DNA of 63,880 nt, counting the filler, from Octopus bimaculoides (taxonomy: Eukaryota), in NCBI RefSeq assembly GCF_001194135.2. It is 7 parts of 7 records of this genome, joined end to end, with 100 filler letters (N's around TTAATTAATTAA, not from the genome) between each part and the next. Parts side by side here need not be neighbours in the genome. Positions count along the whole stretch, not along the records: positions 1 to 17,460 come from NC_068982.1; 6 more parts are not named here. The stretch is one strand, 5' to 3'. Positions 1 to 11,643 of the stretch are shown here, piece by piece. Both the position numbers and the translations under genes were made by a program. Numbering within the stretch: position 1 is the stretch's first letter; every line of letters starts with the position of its first letter. A model generated the notes under the pieces. The model had not been told where the DNA came from. It worked only from the letters and a program-made list of their open reading frames with translations, and did not search any database.

Positions 1-2008
1 TAAAAACAAATAGTAAATGAGTATATGCATATATACGTACAGGTATGTGCATACCGACATCCACCTGTATGTATAGGTGCATATCTGGGTACAGGACATT
101 GCAAACAAAACAGAGACGAGAAAACACACAAGCCACATAGAGAACATTCTACTTCATCAGCTACCTCCGTTTTAACACCGGCGTTTCGAAGAGCTAGGCA
201 GGACGCATCGGTAAAACAGCTCTTCCCATGGACCGCAAATTAAATTTGTATACACAAATTAAATCTTGCCATGGAGGAATGTTGTGGTAGACAAAAAACA
301 AGACAGGAAGACAAACAGAAAAGGCTTTACGGCCAGACGAGAAAAATTGTTTGTGTGTGAACGCTGTGAGGCACGAACTTGAAAGTAGGGACGAAATAGT
401 TCGTGTGTTTGCTCGGCGATGTATATATATACCTAGATATATAAAGATATATATGCACACACACATGCATATGTATACATGAATGTGTGTGTTTGCTTGT
501 GTGTTTGTGCGTAACTTTCATCCCATAAATTAGAGTCATCTTGTTGCTCCATTAATTCGCTACCACACAAACAGGATGGGCCTATTATTATCTGCGACAC
601 CATCATTAAATGGCTGTTACCCGGTATTTTACATGATAATGTTGTCACATATTATCTCTCTCTGTATGGAAGTCACTTTTACTGGCTACAGAGCTGACTT
701 TTAAATCTAGGGTGCTCCTTCTCATTCTCTCTTGTGCCATGCCAAAATCTGAAAATTTATGATTTTTTTTGGGGGGTGGGGGGAAGATACGATGCCTTTT
801 GGTCGATTTATTTGCAGTTTATTTTGCTCGTCCAACACTCTCTCGAGCACAGAGCCTATTGAAACCTAAAGCATGTGACCTTGTACACTTAACATTATAG
901 CATGTCCATACCACAGTGGATCTGTGTGACACATATCTAAGGAACTAACGCTTCTCTGCATCCTGTATGCCATAGCTCAAGATCATCATCTACTATTTCA
1001 TCTATAATTGGAGCCCTTGACAGGTACTACCGTTTGAGGTACTACATGAGAGTTCTGGTAACTAAACGCTTAACTCCATACTCTCAAAATCTACTGAGAA
1101 CCCGAGCTGGTACATCATACTACATACTGTGGTGAGGTTCCTGCACAAGAGCTCAGGAGGAGGAGGAGGAGGACAACGACGAGAAAGATGAAGATGAGAA
1201 TCAGTTATTTATGTAGGATTAAACTTCCCCTTCGATAGGACACGAGTCTGGCGCGCGAATTATTTTCTAGAAGTCTTTGTAATTGCCTATTCTCATACTG
1301 CGTTGAAATATAGCTGGAATTAAATTTTCTTTCTGACGGAAACGCATTTAAATGTTATGAACTTTAATTAAGAAAACTTCCTGCATTGATTATTTTAGTT
1401 CTGAAGTTGATAATAGAAAATAGAAGACCTAAGGTACATATTTTGATTGAAGAATTTGTATAGCAATAACTGGAATTTGACTTTGGACACTTGATAAACT
1501 TCAGGGACATCACAGATCTTCTTAGAAGTGTCTTTCATATCACCAAGAAATAATGTTTACAAAGCGATAGATAGATTTCTTCTTTTGTAGCAGTTCAAGA
1601 ATGAGTGTAACCTTTGGGTAGCTTCAATTGGCTACGTTGTTTCTAAACTGTGAAATAAAGAAGAAAATTAAGACAGTTCAACCGCTTTCATGCTTGGCTC
1701 AGCTAATGACATGGGTCATAGTATATGGTGACTTGATTAAGTGATCCATTTTCGAAATCAGAAACTGTGAATTATATGTAAAAGAGTACACAAGCAGCTG
1801 AAGTATCAATTTTTAACGGTGGGAATTGATCAAAGAAATTCTTTGAGTGGCTACATTTGCTATTCTATTCTTATCACAGGACATGTTTTGCTAAGATTAT
1901 GTTTGTTAAGAATGATAAAGGAGAGAACTCTGAAATTTAAAGAGATCGAAATTCAAAAGGTGGTATAAAATGGGAAATGAATCCGATCTTTGTTAGTTGC
2001 AGTGACAA

Positions 2009-2050
2009 CTCTCTACGCGTTTCGGTTTTATTACACCTCATAAGCGAATC
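2009..2050 (-). ncRNA. Degenerate minimal hammerhead ribozyme (Penelope-type)
   Basis: Minus strand reads CTTATGA-GGT-gtaataaa-ACC-GAAA-CGCG-TA-GAGAG: near-CUGAUGA core (G5>U), 3-bp stem II, GAAA, palindromic ACGCGT stem III. Stem I is decayed. Lies just 3' of a GIY-YIG remnant. Confidence 0.5.
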
Positions 2051-2480
2051 ATGATCTATTAGGTAACCCCCAGAAATTAGGACAATTTTCAGAATGTATT
2101 GTTTTTATGTGGGCTTAATTTTACGTCCACTTCAATGGGCTTACGTTTAGGCTCACTGACTAATAATGAAAGCCTATATGTCCTTTATGCAAAAGGCATC
2201 GTTGGAAAATCTTGTTATGTTACTCTAAGGTTTATGCCCTTTATTGCTATTTATAGTCAGTTGATAGTTTGTTGGAGGAAGTTTGGCGCTTGGTTCCTAC
2301 TTTCGGAAAAAGAAAAGAATCCAGTAACTCTGTCGACATTTCTTCATGGACTCGCAGAAGAAAGATCAAGTTCATCATAGTTTGTCTTATATATTTACAT
2401 AAACAACAATTTCCTCGATTAAGGTAAAAGCACCAAGTTGTAAGAAGAGACTCAGTAAACGATATTTAGGTTTCAGGTTA
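2051..2480 (-). mobile_element. Penelope-like element, decayed GIY-YIG endonuclease remnant
   Basis: Minus-strand translation across frameshifts and stops gives LNIVY...CCLCKYIRQT and later IKDI*AFII...; this matches the NxVY/CxxC/YIGQT and ExxxI pattern of PLE GIY-YIG domains and is followed by a hammerhead-like motif. Confidence 0.5.
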
Positions 2481-2569
2481 CCAAATTCTCTCTTTCAAAG
2501 CTATTTTTTTATTACTGGATCAACATGTTTCAACAGATAGAAATACTTGTGCTTATGAGGTTATCAACT

Positions 2570-2760
2570 GAAGGTGGCGAGCTGACAGAATCATTACTGC
2601 GTCGAACGAAATGTTTAGTGGTCTTTCTTCCGGATCTTTACGTTCTGAGTTCAAATTCCGCTGAGGTAGACTTTGCCTTTCATCCTTTCAGGGTCGATAA
2701 AATAAGTTACAGTTAAACACTGGGGTCAATGTAATCAACTTCTCCCTCCCCTCATAATCA
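2570..2760 (+). mobile_element. tRNA-derived SINE, family B (representative copy)
   Basis: GGCGAGCTGACAGAA...GAGTTCAAATTCC (B-box-like)...GACTTTGCCTTTCATCCTTTC.GGGTCGATAAA. Related copies at about 6955-7160(-), 12155-12270, 12340-12530, 29310-29410(-), 32160-32360(-), 38338-38480(-), 42530-42700, 48575-48680. Confidence 0.8.
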
Positions 2761-3974
2761 ATGACCTTGTGCCAAATTTATAAAGAATTAATTAATCAAC
2801 TGACCTATAAAAATACATACCATAATAATATAGTCGACAATGTTCTGAAGTCAGTTAATTAAAGTGGCCTACTTGTATATAAACTTTAATATTTTATACG
2901 TAATAGCATAAATGTGAACTACGATTGTCAACCTCGAATCAAGTGTTTATACATCAAGTGGTTTTGTAATCAACAAACCTCTTTGAATTTCATCGCACTT
3001 TTTATGCTGTCCTCTTTAGAATTTAACTCGGCTCTTAACATTCACTTCCTAAAATATTTTAATGACTTATACTCTGATACACACGTGCATGTACCACACA
3101 CACACACACATACACACATTCACATTCTCTCTCTCTTCCTCTCTTCCCCCTCTCTCTCACACACACAGGAATGGTGGAAATGAGAAATATATAGTACTGT
3201 AATGTCCATATATTTACTTATGGCTTATTGACGAGTGTCAAACGGTTCCAATTAGAAATAGAAAACGGGTCGTGTACACAGATAAGTATGTGTGTGTGTC
3301 TGTGTGTGCCTGTGTGTGCTTGTGTCTGTGTGTGCCTGTATGTGTATGTGCCTGTCTATGTGTTGTGTGTATGTGCGCGCGCGTATTGTAAGCGTAGTAC
3401 AGCTGAATTTTTTAAAGAAGTCTGCTTCATAACCACGAGGCTTGGGTTCGATCTCATAGTCTGGTATCTTTAACTTGTTTTTATGGCAAAGTTACACAGT
3501 GTAACTACATATATCATCAACTGAGTAAATGAGAAGTCTCTGTGTGGTCGCTGATTTGCTAGAAATATAATAGAGCAAGAAGCCGGAAAGAGTCCATGTT
3601 GCCAGTAATGTAGCTAAGAAAATACTACACTTCTAAGAACTGTATGAAGTCTGTAGGCATCATAGCTTGTAAAGGATTGTGGTTCATTTTTAATTTTTTA
3701 GTCTTTTTATCAACTACCAAATCTAAGACTAGAGGACTGTGTCTGTTTAGAATGGAGGGTAGGAGTAAGTTTTAGCACATAGCTGGGTATGGTCATAAAT
3801 ATTGTCAAGATTTTAGGAGTAGTATAAAGTAACTGTCTATAAAGGAGGCTGGGTCGGGGGAAGACCTCAAATCAAGATGTTAATTACCAGTTAAAGGGGC
3901 AAGACGCTAATAAAACCTATGATGTGTGTGTGCGCGTGCGTGTTTGTCTTTGTGTTTGTCTTTGTCCCCCACCA

Positions 3975-4150
3975 CTACTTGGCAGCCGGTGTTGGTGTGT
4001 TTACGTCCCCGTAAATTAGCAGTTCGGCAAAAGAGACCGATAGAATAAGTACTAGGCTTACATAAAAAGTCCTATTGTCGATTTGTTCGACTAAAACCTT
4101 TCAAGACAATGCCCCAGCATGGCTGCAGTCGGATGATTGAAATAAGTAAA
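3975..4150 (+). mobile_element. SINE-like dispersed repeat, family A (representative copy)
   Basis: GTGTTTACGTCCCCGTAA...GCAAAAGAGACCGATAGAATAAGTACTAGGCTTAC...CCAGCATGGC.GCAGTC..ATGA.TGAAA. Related copies at about 9690-9850(-), 11340-11500, 21765-22350(-), 31890-32060, 33770-33940, 36235-36410(-), 43490-43670, 57270-57440(-), 62420-62540. Confidence 0.8.
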
Positions 4151-4369
4151 AAAGTAAAAGATGAAAGATAAAAGATAAATGAATAAATCAATTGCATGGC
4201 CACCACAGAAAAATAGAACAAAGCGAGAAAGAGAGGAGGAAGGAGCTAAGTGACTCTTCAATTGGGAGTCTGGCTTATGAAGGTAAATTTGAGTCGGGTT
4301 TGAGTCTAAAAGAAAAGCAGAAGAGAAACATTTCAGGTTTGTGAATAATTCCGTCAGATATGTTACTCT

Positions 4370-4710
4370 AAGCTTCCTGTCACAGTACGTTAGTCTCCAC
4401 TTTTTGTCATATCACGTTAAACTCCACTTTGTGTCATATCACGTGAAACTCCGCCACTTCTTGTCATTACACTTCAGTTTCCACTCTCTCTCACGAGATT
4501 TAATCTCTGCTTCCTGTCATGTCACGCGAATCCCAATTTCCTGTTATGAGGCGTTAATTTCCACTTCTAGTCATGTCACACGAGTCCCAATTTCCTGTCA
4601 TGACATGATAATCTTCACTTCTTATGTCACGTAAGTCTCAACTTCTTGTCTGACTCATGAGTCGTGAGCCTCTCAACTTCCTGTTATGCCACAGTAGTCT
4701 ACACGAGAGC
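4370..4710. repeat. Degenerate ~27-bp tandem array, about 12 units
   Basis: Units approximate CACTTCCTGTCATGTCACGTGAGTCTC, e.g. cactttgtgtcatatcacgtgaaactc, tgcttcctgtcatgtcacgcgaatcc, cacttctagtcatgtcacacgagtcc. Confidence 0.75.
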
Positions 4711-4984
4711 AAAACTACAATAACGCGCGCGCACACACCCACACACACTTGCGTACATACACACGCACACTCTACAAACACATTTTTTACTTTGTTTTCT
4801 AACTACAAGGTGACTAATTGCTTCCTGAATGAAACTGAAATACTCCAAGCAAGAATGAATGATTTATAACAGTAATATAATTATAATAGAAGTATTATAG
4901 TCAAAACATTATCAAAATATTTCGAAGAAAGCAACCATAACTGTCAGCTCAAGGTAATAATGCTTAGTTATAAATAGAAGAGAA

Positions 4985-4985
4985 C

Positions 4986-5033
<48 letters not shown>

Positions 5034-5068
5034 GAGGAAGAGATGGAAGTGGAGGAGGAGAGAAGACG

Positions 5069-5101
<33 letters not shown>

Positions 5102-5163
5102 GATACGAGGGAAGAAGGTGAGGAGGAAGAAAAAAGGACTGGAAGGAAAACGAGAAAGAAGAA

Positions 5164-5201
<38 letters not shown>

Positions 5202-5240
5202 CGACGGCGAAGAAGAAGAAGAAGAAGAAGAAGACAGCAG
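4985..5240. repeat. Compound microsatellite cluster (GA)n/(TAA)n/(GAC)n/(GAA)n; representative of dozens of CA, TA, GA, TATG, TATC, CAA, GGT and GAT tracts
   Basis: Directly visible. These tracts explain most of the low-complexity ORFs in the track. Confidence 0.95.
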
Positions 5241-5860
5241 ACGAAAAAGCAAGGTAAACAATGAAATCTAATAGAAGGGAATAGAAAAAACAAGCAAGTG
5301 AAATTAAGGTGCCAGTATACCTAGAAATCTTAAAGAACATTAAATTGGTTCGACAATTTGATGCTAAATGGAATTCTGGAGATGTTTCGCTTCAGTCAAC
5401 AAATGCGAATCAGAACAGATGATTAAATTATTTATAACTAACAATAATAGTCCGTCTGATGAAGAAGACATTATTACAGTCATCTCAGTGACAGTACGGA
5501 ATGTAGTTTTGTTGTTTAGAAACACAACTATTGCAGTATCGATACGGTAGGTTTGCAAACATCTTAAGCCAGCCTGTCGTCTTTATAAAAATGGCGTCTA
5601 GTTTCATTCCATATATTTGTCAATGACATTGCTTATAAATCAATTCGCCCGTAAAATTAAGTTTCTAAGTCAATTCGCCCGTAATTATTATTAGCAGGGC
5701 CCGTGAAAAGATTGATGGGGGGGGGTACATTCAACCCGGGCCTGGGCATTTTCCAGGAATGTCAAAAAATGCTGGCATATATTAAAAACTGAAGTTCAAA
5801 GAAGTGAAGATTTTGTAACTTCTGATAAAATTACTCCAGAGGTTCTGTAATATGTTGCGC

Positions 5861-5891
<31 letters not shown>

Positions 5892-5897
5892 TGTGTG

Positions 5898-5975
<78 letters not shown>

Positions 5976-7243
5976 TGTTTGTGTGTGTGTGTGCATTGTT
6001 ATAATTCGGGACGGTCATTTTTGTTTCTTGCCAAATGAAACACGCACTATATATTCGTTCCTCACTCGTTTATTATTGTTCTCATTGTATCTTATTTCTA
6101 TTGTCTGGCAATCTTTCGTCAAACATCTGTGACCTCCTCAGCGATGTTTTCCATACCCGTGCATCCTCATGCTCCACCTAGTCCATTCTCACTGCCGCCG
6201 CCAAGACGCTAGACTATGAGAAAACATGAGAACAAAAAAAAAATTTAAAAAAACAACGTGAAAGAAATAATGAGAAGAAAAATCGAAGAGAAAAGAACAA
6301 GAAGGATAAAATGAAAAGATAATACCTGAAGAAAGTTGATGTAAAGGTAATTTCAAAAGCCGTTATGCAAACCACCAGCTTTCTTTCCGACACATTGACA
6401 AAAGTTAGGCCACTAAGTTGGCTAGCCATGTATGGAATCTGAAGATCAAATGCACACCACATAGAATCAAGTAGGGAATCGTGGAGAAATCTAAATCATA
6501 TATAAATGGATCAAAGAGATGCAGGCTAGGTGAAGCTGAATGATCGCACATTCCATTTAGGTCCAAGAATACCACCACACTACTTATTTCCAGATCCGAA
6601 ATGTTTACCACATACAAGCACAAGGACAGGCTTCTTTTGTGGACCTGGAGGACGCCATCCGCTTCGGATTGAGTAGTTATCTCACAGACTTTGACCTATT
6701 TTGTCTTACGTTAATCTTCATTAATGATGGTTTCTGTAGTCAAAGAAGAGGAAGATCTTGGTTTTCTTACTTTCCTTTTCCTTCTTCTCGTTCCACTTTT
6801 TGCATTAACCTTCTTCACGCTTGTTTTTCTTCTCGTTTTTTCTCACCCTGGTCTTTAAATGCATCTAACGTTATAAACTGAGCCTGAAAGATTGCTGGGA
6901 GACACATGGCATGTTATATAAATCTGCCAATTTAATGTATATTATTTTCTACTCTAGGCACAAGGTCCAAAACTTTTGGGGAGGGAGCCAGTCGATTACA
7001 TCGACCCCAGTACGCAACTGGTACTTAATTTATCGACCCCGAAAGGACGAAAGGCAAAGTCGACCTCGGTGGAATTTGAACTCAGAACGTAAAGACAGAC
7101 GAAATACCGCTAAGCATTTCGCCCGGAGTGCTAACGTTTCTGCCAGCTTGCTGCCTTCAGTTTAATGTATATTAAAAGCATGAAACTATTGGTGGCTCTT
7201 TTGTAATTGTTTGTATTAAATGATGTATGTGTGTGCTTGTATG

Positions 7244-7277
<34 letters not shown>

Positions 7278-7571
7278 TGTATGTATGTATGTATGCATGC
7301 ATGCATGTATGTATGTATGTATGTATGTATGTATGTATGTATGTATGTATGTATGTTTGTGTGTGTGTGTGTGTATGTATGTATGTGTGTATGTATGTTA
7401 CGTATGTATATAATGTACTTTGTTTTCCGTTTTTCATTCTCCATTTCTTAAAATTCTGTGTTTTTTAACCTTCCCAACTTTTCGCGTTTCTTCTATATCA
7501 TTTTTAGTTCGTTATGATATGCGGTTTGTGCCTAACGAATATGTTTGAGGTTTTTCTCAACACTATTAGTA

Positions 7572-7602
<31 letters not shown>

Positions 7603-8316
7603 NNNNNNNNNNNNNNNNNNNNNNNNNNNNNNNNNNNNNNNNNNNNNNNNNNNNNNNNNNNNNNNNNNNNNNNNNNNNNNNNNNNNNNNNNNNNNNNNNN
7701 NNNNNNNNNNNNNNNNNNNNNNNNNNNNNNNNNNNNNNNNNNNNNNNNNNNNNNNNNNNNNNNNNNNNNNNNNNNNNNNNNNNNNNNNNNNNNNNNNNNN
7801 NNNNNNNNNNNNNNNNNNNNNNNNNNNNNNNNNNNNNNNNNNNNNNNNNNNNNNNNNNNNNNNNNNNNNNNNNNNNNNNNNNNNNNNNNNNNNNNNNNNN
7901 NNNNNNNNNNNNNNNNNNNNNNNNNNNNNNNNNNNNNNNNNNNNNNNNNNNNNNNNNNNNNNNNNNNNNNNNNNNNNNNNNNNNNNNNNNNNNNNNNNNN
8001 NNNNNNNNNNNNNNNNNNNNNNNNNNNNNNNNNNNNNNNNNNNNNNNNNNNNNNNNNNNNNNNNNNNNNNNNNNNNNNNNNNNNNNNNNNNNNNNNNNNN
8101 NNNNNNNNNNNNNNNNNNNNNNNNNNNNNNNNNNNNNNNNNNNNNNNNNNNNNNNNNNNNNNNNNNNNNNNNNNNNNNNNNNNNNNNNNNNNNNNNNNNN
8201 NNNNNNNNNNNNNNNNNNNNNNNNNNNNNNNNNNNNNNNNNNNNNNNNNNNNNNNNNNNNNNNNNNNNNNNNNNNNNNNNNNNNNNNNNNNNNNNNNNNN
8301 NNNNNNNNNNNNNNNN

Positions 8317-8365
<49 letters not shown>

Positions 8366-10529
8366 TGCCTAGCATAATTGAGATGCCCCTTTTATACAGA
8401 ACGTTTCTGTCGGAAACTAGTTTCCTCTGTAAAGGGAAATAATCAGAGCTTGCAGTTTATAAATGGTGTTAGGATGCGTACGTGGACCTTTGAGATCTAT
8501 ATTTGATAATTCGTGTGGGTGGAGCTGTAAATGGTGGTTAGCATTGGTGTTGCCACTGTTGCTGCTGCTGCTGATGATGATGAAGATGACGATAATGGTG
8601 ATGGGGTTATGGTGGTGGTGTGCTTATAATGAATTTGGTGATCCTGGTTTGTAGACAGGTGGGCGGATTGTGGTGGGGCTGGGGTTATCTCGATTTCCAT
8701 GTTGTCATAGTGGATATAATCCTGCTATCAATATGTGTGTGTATAAATATGTATGCATACAGAGAGAGAAAGAGAGAGAGAGAGAGAGGGACACACGCAC
8801 ACACACATACACACGCACGCACACACACACATGCACACATACATATGTGTGTATATANNNNNNNNNNTATATATATAACTATATATGTACATATAAGTAT
8901 AGGCGTGTATACATGTACATATAAATCTATGTATATGTATGTGTGTGTTTTATTTTCTATATCATCAATCCCTCTATAAATATATACATACATATTAATA
9001 TATATTTGTAGACATATATATTCTTTTATTCTTTTATTTGTTTCAATCATTTGACTGCGGCCATGCTGTATATGCATATGTGTATGTGTGTATGTATGTA
9101 TGTGTGTATGTATGTATTATGTATGTATGTATGTATGTATGTATGTATGTATGACGGTATATATGTATACCCCCCCCACACACACACACAGAGGTATATA
9201 CGTATATGATGGGGAAAATGCAGGAATGATGATGATGATGGCGACGACGACAATAATGATAATAACTAAATAAACTGGTGACGATCATAACTAACAATAA
9301 AAACCCATCAAGAGCGAAGGATGTAGATAAAAATGTCCTCATTGCTGCTGTTGTTGTTGCTATTGTTCGTTTGTTTCTGCGCTGTAAACACTTCTCTGGA
9401 AAAGAGATTAATTCGACAATAGCTGTGATTAATGGTTAATAAAGTATCTTTTATTTCAAGTATTTTAGTGTTTGTCGATTTATCTTTCTCTTAGTCATGA
9501 TACGAAAGAAAATTACAGTTTGTGTTGTTGTTGTTGTTGTTGCTTAACCACAGGTCAGCCTTGATCTTGCATGCGTATGACCAAAAGACGCCCAAGCACC
9601 AACCTTCTCGTTATGTTTGTGAGTATGTATGTATGCACGTATATATGTATATATGTATGATATGTATTACATTTTATGTATCTTTTACCCGTAACTTGTT
9701 TCAGTCGTTTGACTATGGTCTTGCTGGTGCACGGCTTTCAAGGGTTTTAGTCGAGCAAATCGATCCCAGGACTTCTTTGCAAGTCTAGTACTTATTCTAT
9801 CAGTCTCTATTGTCAAACCGCTAGGTCATGGAAGCGTAAACACACCAACAAGCGGTGGTGGGGGATAAACATTGACATAATAAAACATACACACACAGAT
9901 ATATACATACATACGTGTGTATGGATGTATGTATGCATATATAATATATATATATATANNNNNNNNNNNNNNNNNNNNNNNNNNNNNNNNNNNNNNNNNN
10001 NNNNNNNNNNNNNNNNNNNNNNNNNNNNNNNNNNNNNNNNNNNNNNNNNNNNNNNNNNNNNNNNNNNNNNNNNNNNNNNNNNNNNNNNNNNNNNNNNNNN
10101 NNNNNNNNNNNNNNNNNNNNNNNNNNNNNNNNNNNNNNNNNNNNNNNNNNNNNNNNNNNNNNNNNNNNNNNNNNNNNNNNNNNNNNNNNNNNNNNNNNNN
10201 NNNNNNNNNNNNNNNNNNNTATATATACATAGTTTATATTGATAGAAAAACAAAAGACGAACACAGGTGTATGAACAACAAGCAGGTGTCGGGCTTCATT
10301 CAGTTTCTGTCTGCCAAAAATCCACTCAAAAGGTTTTGGTCGGCTCGAGTAGAAAACAGTTGGCCAAGGTGCCACGCAGTAGTTCTGAACCCAGAACTAT
10401 CTGGCTGGAAAGCAAGCTGCTTACCGCACAGCCACATCTACACCTATATGTTAATATCCTTCGTAGAAGGTAGGATCTGGTATCTAACAAATAAAGAAAA
10501 ATGCTATCATTGTAGTTTGGGTAACAACA

Positions 10530-10900
10530 GTGATTGTTACATATTAAACTTTAAGACAGTCTTGTCTATTTTTACTGTTTCACTCATAGGTTGCATCGGT
10601 TTGTATTGGCAGGTCTTTTTTTTCTTGAAAATCCTAGTTTTTCCAGATTATGGCTTAGGTATTTATTAATATAACCAATAACCAAGTGCACCAATGATTA
10701 TTGGTATAAATGTCAATTTTCAATCGGGTTAGAAGAGTTGCAGATTTCAAAGCAATTGTCCACTGCTATCATTGGAGTTTGGATAATTCTTGCTGAATTT
10801 GGAAGCGATATTCACATCTGCAGAGCAACTGAACTCGGTAACTGTACATGACCCTTCTTTTTTGTCCCTAATAATTTTGATAGGAAAGTTCCACAAAAAT
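10530..10900 (-). mobile_element. RLE-type (R4/NeSL-like) non-LTR retrotransposon, 3' endonuclease fragment
   Basis: Minus strand: DKKEGSCTVTEFSCSADVNI...GQLL*NLQLF*PD*KLTFIPIIIGALGY, a restriction-like endonuclease C-terminus with stops. Homologous to 61680-62010. Confidence 0.7.
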
Positions 10901-11610
10901 TACTGGTGTTGATATGCATGTACTTAATTGCAGAGGTATCGTTTCTATTGATCTCAGGGCAGTGATTTCTATAGTTTGAAGTATTAATCCTGGTCTGATT
11001 GTTTTTCCTTTCTATTTTAATTTTTTGTTTTATTTTCCTGTCTTGTTACCTAATTCTTTGATCTATAGCAATCGGGTAACCTGCGATGTCCATTCAAACA
11101 TGTTTCTATCTCTAGTGAATGCACGCCGTTCACAATTCACATCAACTAAATTTATATCCACTTGTTCATTAAATATAGCGAGGGACTTCGACATGGTCGC
11201 TAAACCTGTCAAAAATAATAACGAATACATCCCAAACCATTCTTTATCGTCTTAAAAGTAGGCGGGATACACATTAGATGATGTAGTCTTAGATACACTC
11301 CAGCCTTGCAAAAACGGAAGTCTGGATACTCATGACTGAAACTTGACACCCGATGCTGGTGTGTTTACGTCCCCGTAACCTACCAGTCCAGCAAAAGGGG
11401 TTGATAGAATAAGTACTAGGCTTACAAAGAATAAGTCCCAGGGTCGATTTGTTCGACTCAAGGTGGTTCTCCAACATGGCTGCAATCAAATGATTGAAAG
11501 AAATAAAAGAATACATACATACAATATAAATTCCAACTCACGAAACCCGGCCCTTGAATGACCCTGTTGTTTCTATTAAATATACATATTTATGTATGTT
11601 TGCATGTATG

Positions 11611-11643
<33 letters not shown>

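Noticed and set aside
2099-2380. Plus-strand 93-aa ORF with a vague MULE-like look (GAWFLLSEK)
   Set aside because: Better explained as the antisense of a Penelope GIY-YIG remnant that has an adjacent hammerhead on the minus strand.
5451-5500. TCCGT-CTGATGA-AGAAGAC...GTCATCT-CAGTGACAGT-ACGGA, hammerhead-like
   Set aside because: Stem I and the core are perfect but GAAA is absent (AGTG) and stem III is not palindromic; cannot be separated from chance without a family consensus.
6405-6881. LINE-like words (VVVFLDL, LIFIND), also LNISKAFHKV at about 32370
   Set aside because: Too short and degenerate to delimit or classify; probably old CR1/L2 debris.
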